Shown here piece after piece: positions 55,570-64,000 of a stretch of DNA of 64,000 nucleotides. The stretch's first letter is position 1; each line of letters starts with the position of its first letter. The notes under the pieces are model-generated. The model searched no databases. It was not told the origin of the DNA and saw nothing but the letters and a program-made list of their open reading frames with translations. Made by a program: the position numbers and the translations under genes. Source of the stretch: Octopus bimaculoides (Eukaryota); NCBI RefSeq assembly GCF_001194135.2, contig NC_068992.1, positions 67,059,696 through 67,123,695 of the forward strand, written 5' to 3'.

Positions 55570-56508
55570 TATTATTATTGTTTTGCTGTAGTTGCTGTTG
55601 TTTTTGTTGTTATTATCATTGTTATCATTATTTCATTTTTCACATCCCAAACATTAATAATGTCAATGAGTGAAGTTTCCCTAAAATATATCACCATATA
55701 AATGCTAAAGACAATAGACACGATACGTTGTTAGGAATGTGCGATTTCTATTCGAGAATAATTTTACATTTGAAACACCTTGCCGAAATTGATGACAGTG
55801 TTATGGTATCATCCTCGTTGCATTGTCTGCACTGTAACCGGAGCACATACTATGAACAGACTCTCTCTGCGCACTTGGAAATGAATGCAGTAATGGGGTG
55901 TAGATTCATTACTTAAACTATATTACTGCTGTAAGTTTCACGAGTGTTTATTTCACTTGCAGTAGTTATTTCCGATAGTAAAATAATTTTACTATTGTGT
56001 AGGAATAGATAAGTTACTCATAAAAGAGACATCTTCATTGAAACGTAGACGAGATCTAGAAACTTCTAGCTTAGTTCACCGGAGTGTAAAAATTAAATTC
56101 AAAAACTATATTATATAAAATGTACATTCCAATTGATGTTCAAAAGTGGAACTGGATGATTAACTTGCTTAAATGAACAATAATATCGAGTGAAATTTTA
56201 ACATTGATTCAAACATTGTCAAATGGAAAATGTAAACGTTAAAAATTGACTCAATTATAAAAGGAAAATATAACAAGTTTATAGACAAGAAGTTCTACTT
56301 CATAGAATATAAAATTACATTGCATTCTAAATATTGGAATTCGCTCACCGAATAAATTTCTCCTTGGCAACAGAGTCAAATCTCATTTTCATGCTTTTCT
56401 GCAAACATCCCAAGCAAATCGATGAATTTACTAGAAGAATGATTACTTCTAAATTGCAGAGTTAATCGTGCAAAAACGAATCATGTATGTATACATAGAT
56501 ACATACAT

Positions 56509-56539
<31 letters not shown>

Positions 56540-57412
56540 TGTTAGTGATATATGACGTTTCTATATTTACGCTTACATAAAGATACCTGCACATATCTAT
56601 GTACATAAATGTATATACTCAGGTGTGTATTAGAAACACAGACATAACAAATAATTAACTTAAGTCGGTTCTTCTCTCTAAAAAGTATGAAGATCCTCAG
56701 AGAGATTGAAGAAATTAGCAAAAGGTTCTCTCAATCCTTATGGAGACATTAAAGAAATTTAAACTAGTTTTATTTTAAACACAGAGTTGTAATATATGCA
56801 ATTGTGTATCTATATGATTGTAACATACACACATTTGATTCAAGATATATGAAATGCATACAATTGTTTCCGTAAAGTTGTTATGTATACAGTGGGTTTG
56901 TTCCTTGCAAAGCCGAAACAAATATACTGTACAAACTTTTAAATTTATTAAGAGTAGAAAATTAAATTTCTAAACATCATATACAACTCTTCTTTCTAAA
57001 ACATATTTAAGCATACAATCATAAATACAGACAAATAATTCCAACATTTATCTTACATTGATACATACATACATACATACATGCTGTATAGATGTATATG
57101 GATGGGTGTGTATGTATGTACAAACACATGTGCATGCCAACCATTAGACCTATATGCGTAAATGCATATTTATAGGTATTTAAATATACAAAAATACGCA
57201 CAAACACTTACATATAGGTATATACATGCATACATGCACACACGCATACACACACATACACACACGTACGCGCACACACAGAGATATATATGCGTGTGTA
57301 TGTACGTGTGTGCGTGTATGTATGAATGGAAAATTGATTATGTATGTGCGTATATAATCATACATTTCACTCTAGCTCCGTATATGTACACACACACACA
57401 CACACACACACA

Positions 57413-57443
<31 letters not shown>

Positions 57444-57554
57444 NNNNNNNNNNNNNNNNNNNNNNNNNNNNNNNNNNNNNNNNNNNNNNNNNNNNNNNNN
57501 NNNNNNNNNNNNNNNNNNNNNNNNNNNNNNNNNNNTATACATATATATTTGTAA

Positions 57555-57591
<37 letters not shown>

Positions 57592-57658
57592 CATGTATAT
57601 CTATGTATATATGTGTAAATATATATAAACTTATATATATATATATATATAAATATAC

Positions 57659-57700
<42 letters not shown>

Positions 57701-58375
57701 TACATATTAATGTGTATGCATATGTGTGCGCAAGCGAGTTTGCCTGTGTGCGTGTATGAAAATTGCTACTTATTCTCTTCCATTTACTTTGTGACTGCAC
57801 ATAAACTTAAAAGAATATTTTACATTCATGAAATGTCCACCAACAATATCGAAGGTCAAAGCTGATTCTAGCTCAATTCTTTCTTTTATTTCTGTTTAAT
57901 TTCCATTACAAGTTTATCATATTATCTTGATCTTTTATTATTATATCTCGACACATGTTTTCTTTTTTATTAATACTTATTTTATTATTGGAATTTCGAT
58001 AATAAATAATAATGTCTCTACTTGAATTACGCATATTTGCTGGTCGATATGATCGATACAAGTGATTCTGTTTGCCTATTGTTAATACTGTTGTTGTGCA
58101 GTTATGGAACGGAATATTCTAGCGACTACAATAGCTCGCCGATTTAAACCGGAATCTAGTCCAGTCCTTACTTTTGCAACTTCAAAAATATACAAGAGGC
58201 TTGTTTCGTGCTTTTTCAAAAATACGAGCAAAAAGTGTAAATGGATATTTCAACATCACAAAATCTTGATTCTTTAAAAACAATATCACATATTCACACA
58301 ATACATATTATTCTTATTAATTCAATAGTTATAATGGTATCGGTGCTACTAATGCTTCGGACATATATGACTTCC

Positions 58376-58434
<59 letters not shown>

Positions 58435-58445
58435 TAATAATAATA
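58376..58445. repeat. (TAA)n microsatellite
   Basis: Seen directly. Confidence 0.97.
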
Positions 58446-59548
58446 GAAGACTAACATCGACAAAAATTCAAATTATTGAAATGTTTTGACGAGCTTATGG
58501 AGAATATGGAGGTGTGAAATAGCTTATGAAACACGTACTTCTTGTATTTGCGGTTCTGATTTTGATCAGAACCGCAAATGCATGAAGTACAGTAAAGAGT
58601 TGAAATGCATCTGGGATTGACAAGTTCCACAATTTCTGGTTGAAGCGCCTGACCAGTATTCACGGCAATACAATAGCTGTATAAAGCCTTATAGACAAAT
58701 TAATAATTATATATAGAGCGTTTTTTCAATATTTATTTTTGTTTGCAATAACCGTTTTTTTAGGTTAAAATGTCGTATCTCCAGCTGCTTCAGTTCCAAC
58801 ATATCAAAGTGTAGTACAACGGTTTTACAATGGAATGGTGAAACGTTTTGGACTTACAACACTTGTGCATAATAGCAACGATATGTATATGTATACACAC
58901 ACGTGCACATACACACACACACACACACATGTATGCGTGTGTATATATATGTAACTGGATGAGCTGTTTTGCTATTATATTTCCTAAGATGTCATCATAT
59001 TAGCTTTTTATAAACAAAACGAGTAGCTGCAGTATAGCTTTGGCCTTTCATATTATTAAATTTTCTGTTCTGTAAATATAGTTTCGTTATTAACTCAGAC
59101 GTGGTCTATTTTTGTCTGCTCCTTATTCTTATGTTACTTCACTACTTTCGATAATCTGTTATTTTATCCGATGCTCCTATTTACGTTAGTTAATCTAATA
59201 TATTTATAGACGATTGCAGTTTGCTTTCCCCCTCCAAACATTTGATGAATTTCCATTATCATCCGCAAATATTTTCTATCTGTTTTGAGGGATTTTTTAT
59301 ATTTATACGCCTTTATCATTAGTGCGTATATATNNNNNNNNNNNNNNNNNNNNNNNNNNNNNNNNNNNNNNNNNNNNNNNNNNNNNNNNNNNNNNNNNNN
59401 NNNNNNNNNNNNNNNNNNNNNNNNNNNNNNNNNNNNNNNNNNNNNNNNNNNNNNNNNNNNNNNNNNNNNNNNTATATATATATACATATATATTTATGTA
59501 CATATGTATATACCTATCTGTCTACATTTATATGTGTATATATGCATG

Positions 59549-59579
<31 letters not shown>

Positions 59580-59703
59580 ATGTCTGTGTATAAAGATTGA
59601 GAGGAGTATAGAAACAATGAAAGAGATAGGATGCCAAGTGTCTGGTTAGATAGATCGATGGATAGATCAATAGATCATACTTAGGTGGGAAGATGGAGAT
59701 ATA

Positions 59704-60213
59704 TCAACAGAGGTATTTATGTCTAATTCCTATTCTTAAATTCGTAGTCAATTCGCCATATATTGTGATTTCACCATTATTACAGACGACTTTAGCGATT
59801 GTCTGCATCATGTGCTGTCTGCCTTTATTTGGCAATGTTTGCCCATTACTTTGAAAAAAAATATTACTATCTCCTTGATCATGAATATATTTTGCTTTGA
59901 CAGACACTTGACAGTCTGACATAATACATAAATCTATGTAAATGGATGCTCTACCATGCCAGCAGCTAAAAACTCGCAATTGATTGTGATTGCGTGAGTA
60001 ATAGTGCAATGGAAATGGCATTCATGAAGCTCTAATGTTATTGTTTTTTAAATATTGTTTGTAAGTTTTACCCATATATAAACACATTCATTACACTATC
60101 AGATACACACGAAAGATACGCGCATGCACAAACACACACACACAGACATAAATAGTCAATGAGATTTGTCTAGTTATTGAATGATAGGAATTAGACATAA
60201 ATACCTCTGGCGA
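59704..60213. mobile_element. ~510-bp MITE with TIRs and TA flanks (Tc1/mariner-like by target site)
   Basis: Perfect 26-bp inverted repeat cagaggtatttatgtctaattcctat (59708-59733) / ataggaattagacataaatacctctg (60184-60209). It extends 4 nt outward with 2 mismatches to TA dinucleotides. Confidence 0.85.
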
Positions 60214-60293
60214 TACATATATATATATATGTATGCATATAAAGTTATGTAGCATATATATATAAATATCAGTCTATCTGTCTACCTTCGTCC

Positions 60294-60367
<74 letters not shown>

Positions 60368-60420
60368 CCATCTGTATATGGACATCCATCCACACACACA
60401 CACACCTACATATATACGTG

Positions 60421-60453
<33 letters not shown>

Positions 60454-60972
60454 GTGNNNNNNNNNNNNNNNNNNNNNNNNNNNNNNNNNNNNNNNNNNNN
60501 NNNNNNNNNNNNNNNNNNNNNNNNNNNNNNNNNNNNNNNNNNNNNNNNNNNNNNNNNNNNNNNNNNNNNNNNNNNNNNNNNNNNNNNNNNNNNNNNNNNN
60601 NNNNNNNNNNNNNNNNNNNNNNNNNNNNNNNNNNNNNNNNNNNNNNNNNNNNNNNNNNNNNNNNNNNNNNNNNNNNNNNNNNNNNNNNNNNNNNNNNNNN
60701 NNNNNNNNNNNNNNNNNNNNNNNNNNNNNNNNNNNNNNNNNNNNNNNNNNNNNNNNNNNNNNNNNNNNNNNNNNNNNNNNNNNNNNNNNNNNNNNNNNNN
60801 NNNNNNNNNNNNNNNNNNNNNNNNNNNNNNNNNNNNNNNNNNNNNNNNNNNNNNNNNNNNNNNNNNNNNNNNNNNNNNNNNNNNNNNNNNNNNNNNNNNN
60901 NNNNNNNNNNNNNNNNNNNNNNNNNNNNNNNNNNNNNNNNNNNNNNNNNNNNNNNNNNNNNNNNNNNNNNNN

Positions 60973-61026
<54 letters not shown>

Positions 61027-61693
61027 TCATCAACACATATTGCTCTATCCATCTACCTAACTATCTACAATATATGTCTGTATATATGTACATCAGTATA
61101 TATGTATGTATGTTTGTATGTATGCATGTGTGTATATATGTATGTACATACGTACGTATGTACATATGCATGCTTGTATGTATGTACGTATGTATGTACG
61201 TATGTATGTATGTACGCATTTACATATGTATGTATAAAGAGATACGGAATAAAGCGTTGGGAGACGGCTACATTTTCCTGAGAAACTCCCGAATATCACA
61301 AGTTATTTGCATGGCTAGAGAAAGTCGTTTAAAAAACAGCTCGTCGTATTCATTAGCACAGTAATTTAAATTTAATGCCGGGACACGCTTTCCTTTCGTT
61401 CTTTATCCTCTCGCCCCATATCCTGCTTCCAATAAAGTATCTCCTCCACTAACCGTCAACTCGTTACTTTCTCCATTCTGACTTCCAATAGTCTTTACCT
61501 TTTGCGCACCAAAACCCTACCTTCCATCGCACCTATCCACAAACCCAACATCTCGACAACGTCTATACTTCTATCTACACATCCACTACTTCCCCTTCCT
61601 AACTCCAACAGAAAACAGCATCCCTAGTTGGTTTATATCCTTTCGCTTCTTTTCTGTTTAATAATTTCAATCACTCTATGTTTTTATTTTTAC

Positions 61694-61735
61694 TTGTCTT
61701 CTGATGAAAGACGAACGTCTGAAACGTTATGGCTG
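61694..61735 (+). ncRNA. Possible degenerate minimal hammerhead ribozyme (Penelope-LTR type)
   Basis: CTGATGA-a-agac(gaac)gtct-GAAA-CGTT, with core motifs, stem II and palindromic ACGT stem III. Stem I is imperfect. Confidence 0.4.
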
Positions 61736-61823
61736 TCTCTTTCCATTAAAGCGTTAAACCAATACTATACTTGTCAAACATTGTTTTACCTCTGTTGTCC
61801 GTGTTAATATTTATTGATTTGCG

Positions 61824-61860
<37 letters not shown>

Positions 61861-61861
61861 A

Positions 61862-61893
<32 letters not shown>

Positions 61894-62930
61894 GTCCGGT
61901 TGTCGGTCTGTCTTTCTGTCTGTCTATTTGAGTGCGTGTGTATGTGTGTGTATATATGTAGGTATACCATTCTGTGTGTGTGTGTGTGTGTGTGCTTGAC
62001 CTATTAATGAGCATAATATAGCTGCTCTCTTTTGCTGTGGCTTGTCAGAAATTTCCATTAAAAGAAATCACGTTTGTGACTCTGCAGTTCGTGACTAAAC
62101 CTCAAGTACCCTAATATAAACGATTAGTCAAATACAGAGTTTATTTTTACAATGACTAAACTAATTGCACAGAAGAGTTAATCAAGACGGCATATCGCCT
62201 TACAAAATATTTCTTTTGGCGATTTGCTTCTCATCTTTCCAGTGGAAGTAAACAACCATTTAAAATTATCAACTCTAATTAACTAAACAACTTTAAAAAT
62301 AAAATAAAGCATTCAATTATTTAAATAATCATTAAAAATAAAACAACTATATAATTTCGATATGAATTCTCTCTTTATAACGGAAGAGAAGGCAGGTGTC
62401 GTCTAATGGAATTGCCATAGTCTAAAGTAACAGCCATTTAGTGAATGACGTAACGGTGGCCCGTTAACCATTATCCAGAAATATCGCTTGTTGTTCGTAA
62501 CATCATATTTATTCAAAACAATGTAAGATATTAGGTAGGTTGCGAAAGTAATACCGACAGACTTCCGAAAGTAAAACCCTGTTGGTGATTAACGACATCA
62601 AGCAAAGAATATATTCTACTGTAAGCAGCCATTGTATATGTTAGATTAATGTTTTACGAAACGGAAGCTCAAACTATGGATAACATATGTATATTCAGGG
62701 CCTGTTAATAATCTCGATTATTATCTGCTATACAGTGGAATGTTTCTATATTACATTAAGTAATTGTTCACAAAGATGTCAAACAAACTATATTTTGCCG
62801 CTGTACTTGTGAGGGTTTCTAAAATTATTTCATTATGCTGCGAAATAATACGAAAACATCTCCTTTGATTAAGATGCTTCGGACTAGAAATATAAGTGAA
62901 CATAGAGTGAACAGGGACACGAAGCTGATT

Positions 62931-62991
<61 letters not shown>
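62931..62991. repeat. (CTA)n microsatellite
   Basis: Seen directly. Confidence 0.97.
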
Positions 62992-62992
<1 letters not shown>

Positions 62993-63100
62993 AAAAGATT
63001 GCCAAATGACTTGCATATATTTTGAAGGAAAGTAGATGGTGTTAAATTTCGCTCAAGGATAATAATGTGCACACACACACACATACATGAATTCATATAC

Positions 63101-63154
<54 letters not shown>

Positions 63155-63169
63155 TTATACATGTATTCA

Positions 63170-63209
<40 letters not shown>

Positions 63210-63856
63210 TGCACATTCATTCATACACACACATACACGTACATACACACAGACGCGCACAATATACACATTCATAGTCTGCATCAGTCATTAGCACACA
63301 TCTAAGTATATACAATTCTTGCCAAAAGCTTAATTTACTCGAATTTATATATTTGTTCTTTCTTCCGGGGTAAATTTGTGACTTATTTCTAATTTTCCTC
63401 ACGGCAAATTGCGCGTTGAAAACATTTAGCTTTGTCATGAACGGCAAACATAGCTTCAACTACAACCTAACTCCTACGAGTAACGCGACATTTTCACTCC
63501 CTGGGGTCTAAAATTTTATGGCGTAATTATATTGTCTAAACTTCATTCAATATGCCTTTTTCTACCGAAAAACAGAGAATTACCAGAAGTTGAAATCGAT
63601 ATGTACCGATCGCCTCTTATCCTGTATTTATCAGTCGTGACATGCCATGATACGAATTTCACCGTATCAATCATTTAGTGACTTCACCAATCTATTAACA
63701 CTGACACCAAATTAAAAGAGTCACCTATTTCTAATGATTTTTTTCTAACACCGCAAAATATTCTTAACTTAAACGTTGTGATTTCTTCAAGAAAAATCAC
63801 ATGATCACAGTTATTTATGTCCTAACATTGAAGTGATAGGATTATTTTCCTGCACC

Positions 63857-63887
<31 letters not shown>

Positions 63888-64000
63888 GGTAAATGATAGG
63901 ATTGCTTCAATATTTCAGGGGTAGTCTGAAGTATCTAAGCAACCAGGGGGATAGTTAAATCCGAAGGCACTCCTGGAAATTACTTGTGTGGGTACCGTCT

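Overview
Eukaryotic, AT-rich, microsatellite-saturated draft-assembly sequence with about a dozen N gaps. The repeat landscape suggests a coleoid cephalopod such as Octopus (inference). Almost all ORFs in the supplied track are artefacts of microsatellites or N runs. The one host gene is a + strand neprilysin-like M13 metallopeptidase. I rebuilt seven consecutive internal exons with GT-AG boundaries and matching phases: 204-287, 9881-10086, 11518-11697, 21974-22060, 25074-25213, 35761-35854 and 41203-41331 (920 nt, ~306 codons). The N-terminus and the HEXXH catalytic region lie outside the window. The introns hold tRNA-derived SINEs of several modular types, decayed R4/Dong-like, CR1-like, L1/Tx1-like and Penelope-like retroelements, two TA-flanked TIR elements and a 240-bp near-perfect hairpin. 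I found no convincing new multi-gene system. The most interesting signals are: two R4/Dong families stacked in one (TAA)n array, SINE module shuffling, a SINE/LINE shared tail, a degenerate hammerhead-ribozyme motif, intronic dsRNA structures, and a conserved Asp that is Asn here and could be restored by one A-to-I edit.
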